Positions 23,096-36,993 of a DNA stretch of 64,000 nt are shown piece after piece; positions within the stretch are counted from its first letter, which is position 1; the number at the start of each line of letters is the position of its first letter. A program made the position numbers and the translations under genes. Source of the stretch: Anolis carolinensis (taxonomy: Eukaryota); assembly GCF_035594765.1 (NCBI RefSeq), contig NC_085842.1, positions 260,137,749-260,201,748 of the forward strand, written 5' to 3'. Below the pieces are notes generated by a model. The model made no database searches, was not told the DNA's origin, and was given only the letters and a program-made list of their open reading frames with translations.

Positions 23096-23843
23096 TACAA
23101 GAAAAGGAATGGCAGTCATAGAAGAGACTATCAGAACTGTTCTAGTTGCTGTTCAAAGCAAGCCATCTAATGCTAACACGTAATATGAAAAGCTTAACTG
23201 CCTGCACCGGGTAAATTTTGGAATTGCAGATAAAACCCTTGTACTCTTGCCAATGTGATTTACAGGCCAGTTCTATCACCTCCACCATCACCCTTTTCTG
23301 TTATGCTTTCTGGTTTCAGTTGCTTGATCAGTACTCTTGGTCTCCTGCCAGTCGTTTACACTGAAGCCAGAAGCCAAAGACAAGAGGACTTTCTGCCAAA
23401 CCAAGGCTAATGCCGTGTTGGTTTATCCTGTTTTTACAATTTACAAGCTTTATCTGGCACTCATTTGTGGACATTTGACACATCTGCTCTATTACTTGAT
23501 GTGCATTTTAAAATATATTTTCAAAGAACTATGGTAATGAAAATGTAGACATCTGGGTACCCATGTTTCTTATTCTAAAAGAAAAGCCACAACTTTGATC
23601 CAATCTGCTTATCTAGGACCCTAACTTACCTTCTGGTTAAGGAAGGGTAAGCATTAGTCAGTAGCTTTGTATCCTATTTGTATCCATCTTGGTTCTCAGC
23701 CAAGATAGTTGCAATTCCAGCTGTATGGTAGTAGGCTGCACTATGTGGTCATGTCAATCACAGGACAAAGATGTGTGCACAAGAGGGATTTCTAAATATC
23801 ATCTCTCCACTCCCAACTCATGAAGCCCCAAGTCTCTCTTGAG

Positions 23844-23978
23844 CAGTGGTTCTCAACCTGTGGGCCCCCAGATGTTTTGGCCTTTAACTCCCAGAAATCC
23901 TAACAGCTGGAAAACTGGCTGGGATTTCTGGGAAATGAAGGCCAAAACACCTGGGGACCCACAGGTTGAGAACGATTG
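23844..23978. mobile_element. hAT (Charlie/Buster-type) palindromic MITE, ~135 bp
   Basis: TIR CAGTGGTTCTCAACCT; 8-bp TSD ctcttgag/ctcttaag. Confidence 0.9.
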
Positions 23979-25145
23979 CTCTTAAGGATCAGAAGCGTTG
24001 GCAGATAAGACCTGGAGGAGGTTCCAGTAAGTGGCAAATGGGATGGAAATTTGCAAGGCTTGGAAATTTTACTTTTGGGACTACTACTTTCACGGTTATG
24101 ATCCAAAAAAAGAAACATTTCCAAATTCCTGGAAATTGTGTAGAGGCATCTTGTTTAAGTGAATGTAAAAAGGGTGGTGACTGAAATCAAAGAAGCTTTG
24201 TTATATAAACTGTTGTATAACCAAGATTTAAAAAAAAGCTATAAAAGATAATCTCCACAAAGGACAATAAAGACTCAAAATATTGAGTAAAATAGCTGGA
24301 AGATTGAAAAAGGTGACAGTGAAACAAGATGGGACAGAAAGGCCAAGGCAGAAAATAAATAAACTCAAGCAGGCTGACACTAGCTGATTCGGATTTTATC
24401 CAGTGTTTTGATGCAGTGGCGAGAATATTGAAAACCAGAGTTCAAACTCCTTCTCAGACATTCAGCTTTCTGGAGCAGTTTTCAGCCATTATGCACTCTC
24501 TCATCCTCGCCCTGAAGTATCCCAAAAGGTTGTAAAGAAAAAGCAGGTTAACCAACCTCATTTGATGTTGTACTAAGCATAAAAAACATAATGGGATATG
24601 AATGTGAAATAAAGAAGACCTCACAATAGCGTGTTAAGTGTTATACAGATAATAAGTAAGCCAAAAGAACCACCATTAAAAGAACACCATTTGTTACATT
24701 TATGCCCTTTTTATGAGAAGGAAGGAACAAAAAGGAAACAGTTACCTTGAAATGTTTTGATAGCTGAGATATAACATGTAAACAGATATACCACACAGAA
24801 ATGCAACTTGTAGAAAATCAAACACTAACAACTCACTTTAGCCTTTTACACTCTTTAGTCAGTAATTAAAAGGGCATCAATTAGGTCAGTTCTCTGCCCT
24901 CCTCTATACATTTGTGGCCCAAAATTAGACACAAGGTTGATCACAGTAATCAGAAAACCAAAAGAAAAAAATCAATATATAGAACATGGAAATGTTTCTT
25001 TCTTCAGTTGTCAGTGGTCTAGCTGGCTGTGAATTCTTCAAGTTGTAGATTTTAAGAGTAATGTTTCAAAACATGGACAATACAGCCCATGGAATAGCAA
25101 TTAAAAGTATGGCAAATAGTGACAAATAATTGTATTTATCTAGGC

Positions 25146-25834
25146 CAGGGGTCCCCAAACTAAGGCCCGGGGGCCGGATGCGGCCCTCCAAGGTCATTTA
25201 CCTGGCCCCCGCCCTCAGTTTTATAATATAATATTTTATATCATTTTAAATAATATAATATATTGTATATACATATAATATTGATAATAATATAATGTTA
25301 TACAATATAATACTAATAATACCATATAATAATATTAATTATATGATATATATTACATATAATATTACAGTATAGTGGTATAGTTCAATATAGTAATATA
25401 TAATGCTAATATTGTGCTATGCTAATAATATAATATATTGTATGTACATACAGCTGCTCTGAGTCCCCTTTGGGGTGAGAAGGGCGGGATATAAATGTAA
25501 TAAATAAATGTAGTAAATGAATAAATAAATAAATAATTTTAGACTTAGGCTCGCCCAAAGTCTGAGATGACTTGAAGGCACACAACAACAACAATCCTAA
25601 TTAACTTGACTATCTCATTGGCCAGAAGCAGGCCCACACTTCCCATTGAAATCCTGATAGGTTTAGGTTGGTTACAATTGTTTTCATTGTTGTTGTTGTT
25701 TTGTACTACAAATAAGACATGTGTAGTGTGCATAGGAATTTGTTCGTCTTTTTTCCTCCAAATGATAATTCGGCCCCTCCACAGTCTGAAGGATTGTGGA
25801 CCGGCCCTCTGCTTTAAAAGTTTGAGGACCCCTG
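25146..25834 (+). mobile_element. Non-autonomous hAT, OC1 (OposCharlie1)-like ends, composite interior
   Basis: TIR CAGGGGTCC(C/T)CAAACT; perfect 8-bp TSD atctaggc. Interior has an AT-rich array and retroelement tails. Confidence 0.9.
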
Positions 25835-26459
25835 ATCTAGGCCAATCCGATATTTGTTTCTGATCATGGCTCTTTAAAGACTCCTTCCATTCTGCTTTCT
25901 GAGAGTCTCAGTCTAAACCTGCTTAAGATACCAAACTCTTGCACTGGGATAAGACACATTTGGTCATCCTGACTTTCTTCTGAGTAGATGTGTTTTAGAT
26001 CACATTTTGTCCAGCTAACTCTGAGTTAGGAGATTGTATTCAGTGTGTTTTTAAAGGTATTCTTCATTCTTGACTGCTTATTTTTTTAACAAAATCTTAA
26101 AATATTTTCATCAAAGAAACCTCTGCTGGCCTTTTGTGTTGGAAACACAGTTATTGGCCTTGGCTGATGAGCTTTTTGTTCCACAGCATGTCCTGGAAAA
26201 AGAGTTAGTCAAGAACATTAAGGGCAGCAATTGAAATCAAAGCAAGAAGGTGACACAAACAGTTGTATAACCAAGAATCAGCACGAACAAAGAAAGCAGA
26301 AAAAGGAGAGTAATGAAAATATATTTCTTTAAAACTTGAGTTTTCAAAAGGAATTCTAGGTTCTGATTCTAGGTATCCTTAATGTGACTTACTTCAGAGT
26401 AGACATGCAGAAGATTCTGCTAAAGCTATAGCTTTACAGTACATTCGGTTCTTCTAAAC

Positions 26460-26593
26460 CAGTGGTTCTCAGCCTGTGGGTCCCCAGATGTTTTGGCCTT
26501 CAACTCCCAGAAATCCTAACAGCTGGTAAACTGACTGGGATTTCTGGGAGTTGTAGGCTAAACCACTGGGGACTCACCGGTTGAGAACCACTG
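26460..26593. mobile_element. hAT palindromic MITE, ~135 bp
   Basis: CAGTGGTTCTCA TIRs; TSD ttctaaac/ctctaaac. Confidence 0.9.
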
Positions 26594-28579
26594 CTCTAAA
26601 CCATGAATTGCAAAATTAGCCTGCTGTCCTCTTAAGGTTGTTAGACTCCAGCTCCCATCATCTCCAGGTGTCATAACCCATAACTACAGATTATACAAAT
26701 TGTCACTCAACAATATCTTGATATTCCCTGCCTATGTTTAATTTCTTCCAAAAAAAAACCCACACAAATTGCTCTACCTCTTTCATACTCCATCTGTTTA
26801 ATTTATCACTTATGGAATATTGTAACTTCTTATAAATCCCATATTTATCCAGTGTGAGATACTAATATTTTTGCTATTGGCTTCAAAACTCCTTTGTTGC
26901 ACACACAGTTCTGCAATAAATCTGCCAATTCTCCTCCTCCTCTTCCTCCTCTAGTTCATGATTTTCTATTTAACACAGAAATGGGGGAACTGTGGCCCAC
27001 AAAGAAAGAAGGAAGGTCAGATGGGTGAACTAATTATGGATGGAATCCTGTGGCAAAGCTATGACTTGAAGGCATCCAATAGCAACAACAACTCAAAATT
27101 CTTGTTTAAAGATTGACAAGAGTAGCCTTCCAACCTGTTGTTGGACTCCAACACCACCTACCCCAGATACCCTGCCAATGATGAGTGTTGTCAGCTACCA
27201 ATTAGAGGATCCCAGATCCCTTTCTCTCATGGTCACCATTGTATATCCTGGCTAGAGCTGCTGGAAAATTCAATTCAGTAACAACTGGATTCCTCCCTTT
27301 GTTCTGTAGGCATAGAAGAGCTCTGTCTTCTTTTGTCCATCCCTGGAAAAATTCCACTGTCTTTCTTTCATCCTAATTATATGTGAATACTTTGCAGAGG
27401 TAAAACAGCGAACAGCATCTGAACCCTGCTGACTGCTCAGGGCTTGGGGCAGCTTCCCTTTTGAAAATCCTTCCAGCTAGATCTGTCTGTCTTCATTATG
27501 CTCTTTGGGATCATTTGGGTGGTACTCATACTGAATCAGGTCAGTATAGCTTTGCTCTTCTGAAGATCTGTGGCTGGCAGAGGCTGAGGTTGTTCATAGG
27601 AAAAGTGACACCAATAAAGGGGAGCTGTGATGGATGAATATGGCAGATTTTCATGAGTTGCAAGATTGGAAAAATTGTTTTAGGTATGGTGAATGGATCC
27701 TGCAGATCTTCTGATGTTAATGTGAGCCCACTCACTCCTCTGGAAGAGTCTTGGGCCCTTTTGTGAGGCATTTAAGGATGAGCTTCTGCTCTTTTGCATA
27801 TTGAAAGTCAATTTAGGTTAATTTGAGAACAGAAGGTCTGCGCAGACTAGGCACTTCGTTATCACAATGACATTTCAGGATCTTCTTGGGCAGTCACAAT
27901 GGATTAGCTGAAATACCAGCTCAGCAGAGATCCATTCTGCTGCATGAGGATACACTTCAGAGCATGGCATTTGGGTCATGCAGCTGGATGTACTTCATAA
28001 AAGTCACTACCATATGTGCTGGCTCAGCGGCTAAAGTGTAAAAACTGTGAGCTTAAAAGGAAAGCAGGGAAATGGGAAAGAACCTGTACCTTCTGTCCAA
28101 AAGCTAATTCTAAAAGCAGTTTACCTGGCTAATAAAATGTATTAGTGCATGATGATGAAATAGGTAACCCAAAGTTGACTGTGTTAGTTGATATCACCTC
28201 TTACTAATTGTATGTACTCATAGACACCTTAGGTAAAGAATCAACTCAAAAAGACACGTGCATCCAATAACTCTTATAAAAAAGGAACTATCCCTTTCTT
28301 TGAGTACAGTGATGAAAGATGAGATCTTAGTTCATCCCATGAGAACCTTAAAGAAGCATTGGAGGCTTTCGTACCTCCCCTCATAGGAGCGTAGAGAGAG
28401 TAGATAGGGTTGAAACTTCTTTTAGGTTTTCCTGAGACAGACTAAGCTTTTGCATTTCGCCATCCAGAGAAGAGATTGGTTCCTTTACAAAATAATGCTG
28501 TACCTTATCTCTTATAGAAAAAGAACCACCTGCTTCTCTGAGTAGAGTGAGGAAAGGCCTTTCTGAAGCTGGGCCTTAA

Positions 28580-28674
28580 AGCGGGAGCTCACCCTGCCCC
28601 CGTATTCGAACCACCAACTTTTCGGTCAGCAAATTCAGCAGCTCAGTGGTTTAACCCTCTGTACCACCGGGGGA
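28580..28674 (-). mobile_element. Sauria-type SINE 5' fragment
   Basis: Homologous to 18620-18718 (ttcagcagctcag...tttaac). Confidence 0.7.
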
Positions 28675-28957
28675 TCAGACTTATCAGTAGGTCATATAAA
28701 AATCCATAATTTGACCCCAAAACCTGCCCTCAACTTATACATGGCATTGACTACAGTACTTATTGAATACACATTTAAATCCATTTAAATCTTTAATGCA
28801 AACCTACGTCATTTCACTACTATTTCTAATGAATACCAAGGGTCTGAAGCAAATGCTTTTGGACTCTCTTCTGATGTTAAGCATTCTAGTTGAGATAACA
28901 AGTCCAAGTCCTCCCTTTGCATGTTTGGAGCTACCTCCCTCCTATCTGCCCCAATCA

Positions 28958-28979
28958 GTGTGTGTGTGTGTGTGTGTGT
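28958..28979. repeat. (TG)n microsatellite
   Basis: Direct reading. Confidence 0.9.
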
Positions 28980-29920
28980 CACATAGATTGGGGCAGATAG
29001 ATAGATCGATCGATCAATATCATGTCAGCAGTAGTGAGAGGAGTACTCCAAACAGCTGGAGGATGTCAGTTCAGGAGCGGCAATAAATGTAATGCTGGCT
29101 TTTTTCTGCACTTATAGATTAACAAGTCATTCTAGACTTCTACATTCCAGAAGATGCTCTCCTATATTTCGCCAGGATAATCCAGAGAACATCCAGCTTT
29201 ATGCCCTCTAACTACGTTAGCTCTGGAAAGTGTTCATTTCTCAAATTATGAATATTTATGACTCTGCCAACCAAGCACTGTGCACATTTGCTTTCCATCT
29301 AATTAAGAAAGAGTATTTTTCTCGCTAGATATGGAATATCTTAATAGCTGGATCCTATGCATGTTTATTCAGATTTAAGTCCCACTTTGTTCAGTAGTGC
29401 GCAGTTAGTGTGCACAAGACTGTTAGTTTAGCTTTAATATATGAACAGATATGTATAGGGAAAGCCAAAGAGGAAGATTTGGCTATGCAGATGTCATCCC
29501 GCAATGGAACCAAATCATTTGAAGGTTCTGTTGAGTTTTAAATTTGATTTGATTGTTACAGCAATGAAATTAGAATCTTTTTTTCTAAATTCCAGGGATG
29601 GTAGCAATTTTAAAATGGAAAATTTTGCAAATTGCTTGTATCGCCTTCAGTGAGCCTATGCCGTGGAGAGCAGTTCATTATATTGGGCTTTGAGAACCAG
29701 CTGCTTCATCAGTTATTTTGAAGAACTTGTAAAAATAGTTTCTTGGACTTCAGATCACAAAATGCTAGTAACCTAACCATATTGGCTGGGGAATTTTAGT
29801 TCAAAAGATAATATCTCCCATATTGCATTTTTATGTTATACACAGTTGCTTACAGCTTTCTCACAGTTTTAAATGCATAGAACACATTGATAGCAATGGA
29901 GGGAGGATGGAATATTGATT

Positions 29921-30109
29921 ACCTCCAAGTCGTTTCTGACCAATGCATTTTCTTGTCAGTAATTGTTCAGTGTGGTTTCTTTTGCCTTCCTCTGAGGCTG
30001 AAAGTGTGTGAATTGCCCAGGGTAATGTAGCGGGTTTCTATGACTGAGGATTCAAACCCTGGTCTCTGGTCATAATCCAGCGCTCAAACCGCTATACCAT
30101 AATAGCTCT
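29921..30109 (-). mobile_element. Old tRNA/CORE-type SINE
   Basis: Same motifs as 18146-18375 (gccttcctctgaggctg, ttcaaaccctggtctc, ctcaaaccgctataccat). Confidence 0.75.
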
Positions 30110-30269
30110 TATAACAGAGATAGAAATTGCTTAATTCTTTCACCACTCTCATTGCCCTGCCCAAGCTGCTGTGTTGTTTGTCGTTGTCAGTATAGCCTCA
30201 CCTTCTAAGGGTGATACTGAGCAGAAACCATGATAAAAATGGTGGTAAATCAATAAAACAGTAAAAGAA

Positions 30270-30900
30270 AATTTACCTTCTCCTTACTCTCTCCAATTTT
30301 GTAGGAAGCCTTTCCTAGTCATTATGAACTCAAGATACTTCCGACCACTGCACTGTTTTTTGGTTCCTACTTTTCAGCTCCTCCCTCTCTTCATTTGTTG
30401 CCAGTTTCTAATTTATTTCCCAACAATCTACCTTCCACCCTCCCCCCTTCTGCTGCTCTCCATCTGGCTTTTTGTGCCTTGCCAATAATTTTTATTCACA
30501 CCCTAATCTTTTCTTTAATTTTGGAGTCTTTCAAAATAAAATCATTCATTTCCCAAGCTTTCCTTTCCCATCATCCCCCCATTTAGCTTTAACACTGGAT
30601 AATGATCAGAGAACAAGCTCGGTAATATTACCACCTTTTCAGTATTTATAACCAGCCCTTTTGTTATGAAGATATAATCAATTCTGGATGAAGTCCCATA
30701 TCTGTGCGAATAAATATGTACTCTCTTCTGTCTAAATTGCATAACTTCCAGATATCATAAAGCTCCCATTGTTGTAACTCTCCTTTCAGTGCCCCTGGAA
30801 GTGTCCCTTCTTTTATATCTTTGTTCTTTTTAGAGTTCCTATCCATTTTTGGGTCCCTTACCCCATTAAAATCTCCCAACCAGAAAACAACTTTTTTGAC
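30270..30900 (-). mobile_element. L1-clade LINE ORF2 APE endonuclease fragment, frameshifted
   Basis: GDFNGVRDPKMDR, YDIWK, SRIDYIFI and SDHYPV motifs across two frames. Confidence 0.9.
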
Positions 30901-32520
30901 CCCATTTTCTTAAATGTCTTCCCCTTATGGAGAGTCAAAAAGACATTTATTTTCCCAAGCTCTGGGAAAGTGAGGTTAAACGGCCACATCTTGTTGCAGA
31001 TTCCACTTCTAAAGTTCAGATCCTAAAATGGCTTGGCAATTTGCAAAGGGCGCTGGCTTGATTTTTTTTCAGGTGAGTTCTTTTCTTGCACAGCTTATCT
31101 CAGTGGCTGATAACATACTGTTGAGCAAATACACAAGTTCAGGCATTTGGGATTAAAGGAAGAGTCTCACAGAAGAAACTGTTAAAATGTTTGGATTCAA
31201 AGATCACCCTGATAGGATTACAAGGCAGCAACCCTGAAATTGATGCTGTGCCATGGCATTCTCTTTTGTGCCCTGTGCAGACCTGAGAGGTTCCTTGTTC
31301 CCTGTTTTCCCCCTCCCTTTCCGGCTCTTCCTTGCATCGATCTAATTTCTGCTTGCTTCATTGAGGTAGAATCCAGATGCGTATTCAAACAAATGGGATC
31401 TCTGGTGGGAGGAAATGGAAGGGAGAAATAAGAATGCCTCACCTCTCACTCCACTGGGGAACTTCTTGGAGTGATGGCTGCAATTTTGCAATGCTTCTAC
31501 TGCTCAAGAAAGTGGCAGACACAGAAATCAGCACCAAGGAAGATGAAGAGCTATTGCTTTGCTTTGACACACTTGCTGACTAAGGAACTCCAAAGCAGAG
31601 CCCATCATGTTACTTTTTAAAAGTAAATAGTTACAGGAAGAGCTTGAGGTCCCAAAAGGAGTTAGTTGTTTTTTGAGGATTTTTTAAAGGACCACTTTTT
31701 GTTTACTAAAATAAATAAATCAAGATAACACAAAATGATGACCTAAAACACGCTAAACTACTGAAGTCACACATTCTTGGAGCTGTAAAATAGTTGCAAG
31801 GACACCAAAACAGAATGACGTTATCTTTTGTTAATTACAGTCATGCTGTGATTTAGTTGTGCTTTACTCATTGCAAAAAAGAATAAATTACAAATGGTGT
31901 TTCATATTTATTCTGTGTGATAGATTTGCTAATATATTGTCCATCCACTCATGTTTCCCCCATCCCCCTTCTCCTGTGACCCATGAATGCTGGTCATGGC
32001 ATCTTCCTGTATTAATAATGCAAATTTTTGCTTCTTCTGGTCAGCCTGATGCTTAATCAGTCTTTGGTAGTAATTGGTGGTGGGAGTTATGTTGCAATGG
32101 AGGCATTAATTTTCTAGGGCTGTGAGAATCTTTCTCCTTTTACAGCTTCTTTGCCAGCTGTGCCATCAAGTAGTTCCTTTAATGGATGTTGCACATCTAA
32201 CCCTTAACAGCTGGAAGAAAAATGGCTTTGTTAATGGCCAATGCAAGATTAGGCATTGCATTTGAAGTAGATCTGAAAAATTAAGTGGTGGATAAGGTGC
32301 CAGCTCTTTGCATGATATCAAGACTACAATACCAAGCCTACCACTCGCAAGTGGATCTTAAAGGTGGATTAAGATAGATGTTAACCTATGTTCCGTTAAT
32401 CAAGATGTTTTCAAAAATTGGTAGCTAACAGGCATGAATTCCTTTTCCCCTCAAAAGGTGTTTGTATATTTTTCCTAAGGGAGCATATGCTTAAAGTTTA
32501 ATAAAGGGAACCCTGTCATG

Positions 32521-32994
32521 CAGTGAGCCTGTGACATCCACTGGGGGTTGGTTCTGGAAATACTTGTGGATACCAAAATCCATGAATGCTGAAGTCCCAT
32601 TATATGCAGTGACATAGTAAAACAGCACCCCTTTGATGAAATGGCAGACAAATGAGTGCTCGAGGATCTGTGAAATGGTGGAAGGTTACAGTACATGACA
32701 AAATAAAATTTAAATTTTTGAATTTTTTTCCAAATATTTTTTTAATTTAGTTGAATCTGTGGATGCCATATCCATGGATGTGGGGTGTATCTACACTGTA
32801 GAGTTAATGCTGTTTGACACCACTTTAACTGCCATGACTCAGTGCTATGGAATCCTGGAATTCGGTGCCTGGCAAGGCGAAAGATCTTGTAACACTGTAG
32901 TTCCCATGATTCCATGACACTGAGCCATGACAGTTAAAGTTATATCAGACTGCATTAATTCTACAGTATAGTTACGCCCATGGAGGGCCAAATG
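32521..32994. mobile_element. pogo/Tigger (MER2-like) MITE with nested family-A MITE at 32783-32979
   Basis: gtggataccaaaatccatg; right end ggatgtg|atggagggcc is split by the gggtgtatctacac...acgccc insertion. Confidence 0.7.
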
Positions 32995-33289
32995 TATTCT
33001 TGCTAGTGTTTAACTTGCATATAATCCTTAAATTTCCCTTAAAACTATGGTGTTGGGAATAAATTCTGTCAGAGGGATGCTCTCCGTTACCTGGAAACTG
33101 ACAATGAAAACCACACAGTTACAGAGAAAGGTTTTATCTTGCCTTCTCACCATATCGATATCACTGAATAAAAGTTAAATGCAGCTTCATCAAGGTTGAG
33201 TCAAGGGCATTGAAAGCTACTTCTGAGAGTAATTCATTTCTGTTATTTGTTAAAGTATCTGAAGAACAGCTCATTGTAATGTGACACTT

Positions 33290-33790
33290 CCTTTTAGAGA
33301 CAGAGTGTCCAAACTGGGGGAGGGGGCTGGGCCAGTGGGAGGGTAAGTGGGCAGGCCAGTGGGCAAGTAAGCAGGGGGTAAACGAGCAGGAGGAGTGGGT
33401 GAACAAGCAAGGGTAGGCGAGCAAGTGGGGGCGGGCAGGGCCAGGCAAACAAACAGGGGCAAGCGAACAGGCAGGCGAATGGGGGAGTGAGCAAGGGAGA
33501 CGAACAAGTAGGTAAGCAATTGGGAAGTGTGCGAGCAGGCAACCGGGCAGCAAGCCAGCGGTTGGGTGATGGGCGAGCAAGTGCGTGGAAAGTGGGAGGG
33601 CAGGGCGAAGCAAGCAAGCAAGCAGGGGGCAGGCAGGCAGCAAGTGAGCAAGGGGGCGGGCAAACAGGCACACAAGCAAATGGGTAAGTGGGGGCAGGAT
33701 GGTGAGCAGGGGCGGGTGATGGTGCACGTGCCAGGAGAGAGCGCAATGTGCGCCCCTTCTGACACACATGACATAGGTTTGCCACCACTG
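33290..33790 (-). mobile_element. Non-autonomous hAT with G/A-rich degenerate minisatellite interior
   Basis: Minus-strand start CAGTGGTGGCAAACCTATGTCATGTGTGTCAG. Other end tttggacactctgtctctaaaagg lacks an intact TIR. Interior of gggcaag/gagcag units. Confidence 0.75.
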
Positions 33791-33794
33791 ACCT

Positions 33795-33980
33795 AAAGCA
33801 ATCCTATTACTGGGTTTTCTTGGCACAATTTTTTTCAGAGTGGAGTTGTCCTTGCCTTTTTCTCCAAGAGAGTGACTTGAACAAGGTTATTCATCGGGTT
33901 TTCATGACCAAGCAAGGCTTCAAACCTTGCTGTCCCACAGTCGTAATCCAATGTTCAAAGCACTATACCATGCTGGCTCT
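33795..33980 (-). mobile_element. Old tRNA/CORE-type SINE
   Basis: gggttttcttggca, gagagtgacttg, cactataccatgctggctct. Confidence 0.7.
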
Positions 33981-36508
33981 TACACTTTGCTGGCTTGTAC
34001 AATTTTTCTAAAACTCATTTTTTATTCCTTCTCATATTGTTTTTCACTTTCTTGCTAACTTTATATTATGGGGCCGGGGGGGGGGGGGGGGGTTGGGGAT
34101 CACTTAGGAGTGATAATAAAGAGATAATATTTGACAGTCCCATTAGAAATGATTCTAAAATGGCCAAATATACTATAATAAATAACGAAAAAGCCTTCCT
34201 TTGTACATCAATACATTCTTTAGCTGTTACTTTTGGAACGTTACTTATTTTGAACCCATTACATAAAATTAACACCTTACAGTTTATAACTCATTTCCCA
34301 GTTCTGGTCTGATCTGAATGCAAAGTGTAGGCAAGAGTAAACTTCATATGAACATTTGCAGAATAGAAATCTGGGGAACCAAAATTTACCTTTTTAGGAA
34401 TATTTTAATTAGTTGCTTCATTTTACACTTCTACAAGAGTATTGTGATCAGAATCCCCTCGCAAATCTACCCTTAATGGGAAAAAAACTTGCTGTGCAAA
34501 CAGCTAAGTAACTCTGTGATGCAGTGGAGCAGTTCAAGAAGTAATTGGACACTTCCTTAAAAGATTCAGTTATTAGAAGAATAACCATAATTGCCTGTCA
34601 TTAAATTCATTCCATTTCAAAAGGGTTATATGCAGTAAAATTTTATGAATACAATGAGCTCAAATATCCGATAGTTATGGAGATCAGGGAAGAAAAGAGC
34701 ATAGTTGGCTCTCAACATGCAGTTGTGAGTTTTCCAGATTCTTTGTTTGTAAAAAGCATCAAACATAATTTTAGTTTGGTATATACACTTAGAAGAAAGT
34801 GTGTATATAAGAAAAATCATCTTCATGTTTCTGTAGGACACTAATAGAACAGGTTTCTGGTTTATTTGAGGAATAAGAGAAAGAACAAAACAAGGATGCA
34901 GTTTGCTTTTATTTTTTCAACAGGAAAACAGCAATGTAAAATTTTTGGATTATGCCACTAGAGAGAGAGAGGACTAGTCTTGATTTATTTTGAATGCCAA
35001 TAATCTTCAAATTCATAGTATGACTGCAGGAATAGCAAACACAACCTCAGTAACCTGTTGTCTGTCCTAATGTGTTTTTGGTAACCAGAAACTGAAAAAT
35101 AGAAAGAAAGATAATGCTATACTAACTTAAAGAGTGAAGCATATTTCTGTGACAAGTATGGCAAATGTGGGGGAATCACTCTCCACAAGAGCTTCAATGT
35201 GGAATTGCTGTGACTAGCTGAAAAAATATTCAAGCGAATTGATCTGAAAAATCATCTGCTATCCTAAATTATACAACAAAGTGAAACTTCAGAAGGGAAA
35301 AGTTGAATAACACTTTTTATATAGAACTGTTCCATTTCCAGGAGGGAAAAAACAGTGTCTGGAACTTGGTATTTTTCCTCCTTGAGGTTAGTGGACTATT
35401 ACAAGTTTTAAGCTTTTCGAACCTCATTATTTAAGTATTCAATTTCATCAAGTGCTTAGTCAGTTAAGGAAAGTTGAAAGCAGATCAGATACATGTAATC
35501 TGTTGCTGATGAAGTGAAGTTTTTAAAATTCAGTTTAAATAACAGGGGTGGTCCTGGGAAGTACATTTGCTTTCCTAATTTTATACATTTTCTTGTGACT
35601 ATGTAATCAAATTTTGGAAGCAGGAGATGTAAGGTTTTTCTCTAACCAGTTAAAAATACTCTTCATATCTCCTTCCTTTCCCAGTGCCATGAAATTAACT
35701 CCTTCCCCTGGAAAGACCCCTGCCCCACTAATATTGGTGCTGTTACTCTCTTCTTCTTTTTTTTTTTTTTTTACATTTTAGCAGGAACATTAATATTTGT
35801 AAAAGGGGATAGAATAGCATAATTTGGGGCAAGGAAGTAACAAGAAAAATAACAAGTAAATGTTACTTGTTACATGAAGAAATAAAGATGTTTTAATTCA
35901 TTATGATATTTTGCAAACATATATATGCCTTCATTAGCCCAGAAATTAATGCATTAACCATAACCATTGCTACCAAACTCTAGCAAAGATTTCCCTTAAG
36001 TTTCTATTGAGTGCTGTGTACATTAAGTTCATATTGAGTGCTGTGAAATCTTCCAACATTATTTTCATCTATGACCAATTTCTCCCTTCCTCTTCTTAAG
36101 CCTTCCAATTTTTCCACATACCTCTGGCATTGTGAGGATTGGTCTTTTCACCACAGGGCTATGGGTTGAGTGTGACCATGCTTCAACTTCATTGCATTTT
36201 GAAGTTCCTTTCCTGCTGAGTTTGAAATTGGATCACTGTGTCTCTTTGGGAATGTTATATGGTTCCGAAGACTATTTGTTAATTTTGTTATATTTGTTAT
36301 CCCATGTTTACAGAGCTCAAAAGAACTTGCATGGTTTTCTCTCCATCTCCTTTACCTTTACAACCAACAACTGTGAAAGGAAGACAAGGAGAGGGGGAGA
36401 ATAAGAGAGAAAAACTGTGAGGCAGAAATGTGTCTAAAATCTATCCCAGACCAGCCCCAGATCTGGCATGTTTATGCCGAATTCAGGGCTGTTGTCCATC
36501 CTTTCCAC

Positions 36509-36609
36509 TGGCCTTCAACTCCCAGAAATCCCAATAGCTGGTAAACTGGCTGGGATTTCTGGGAGTTGTAGGCCAAAAACATCTGGGGACCCCACGTTGA
36601 GAACCACTG
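36509..36609. mobile_element. hAT 135-bp MITE, left end missing
   Basis: Matches the interior and right TIR (gttgagaaccactg) of 26460-26593. Confidence 0.85.
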
Positions 36610-36782
36610 CACTGGAGCAACCTGCATCTCATCTTTTCTGTGCTGCCAACTGCTTCTAGTTAGCCATGACTCTTTGCCCAAGCTCCTGATTGTCATGGGT
36701 ACCTCTGCTGATGTTAGAATGGGGCACCCTTGCTGCCTGGAAGAAGGGGAGATTGCTCCTTCTTACTGTTTGTGCAGGCGCC

Positions 36783-36969
36783 CAGTGCCAGATTTACTAT
36801 TGTGCTTAGGTGTGCTTAAGCGTAGGGCCCTGTTGGCCAGGGGAGCCCATCTTCCTGATAGAGTTGATAGACTATGGGAGTGTGCCACAAAGCAGGCAGA
36901 GTAGGCCTATTAGGCCTATCTCCATCAGGGTCCAAGTGAGGGGCCTCATTTGTCCTAAATCCAGCACTG
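36783..36969. mobile_element. Old hAT MITE (Tip100-like TIR)
   Basis: CAGTGCCAGATTTA...TAAATCCAGCACTG; TSD caggcgcc/caggttcc. Confidence 0.65.
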
Positions 36970-36993
36970 CAGGTTCCCCATTCCAACATCAGT

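Noticed and set aside
33161-33826. Long ORFs (164-221 aa) in three minus frames
   Set aside because: Artefact of a low-complexity minisatellite within a hAT element.
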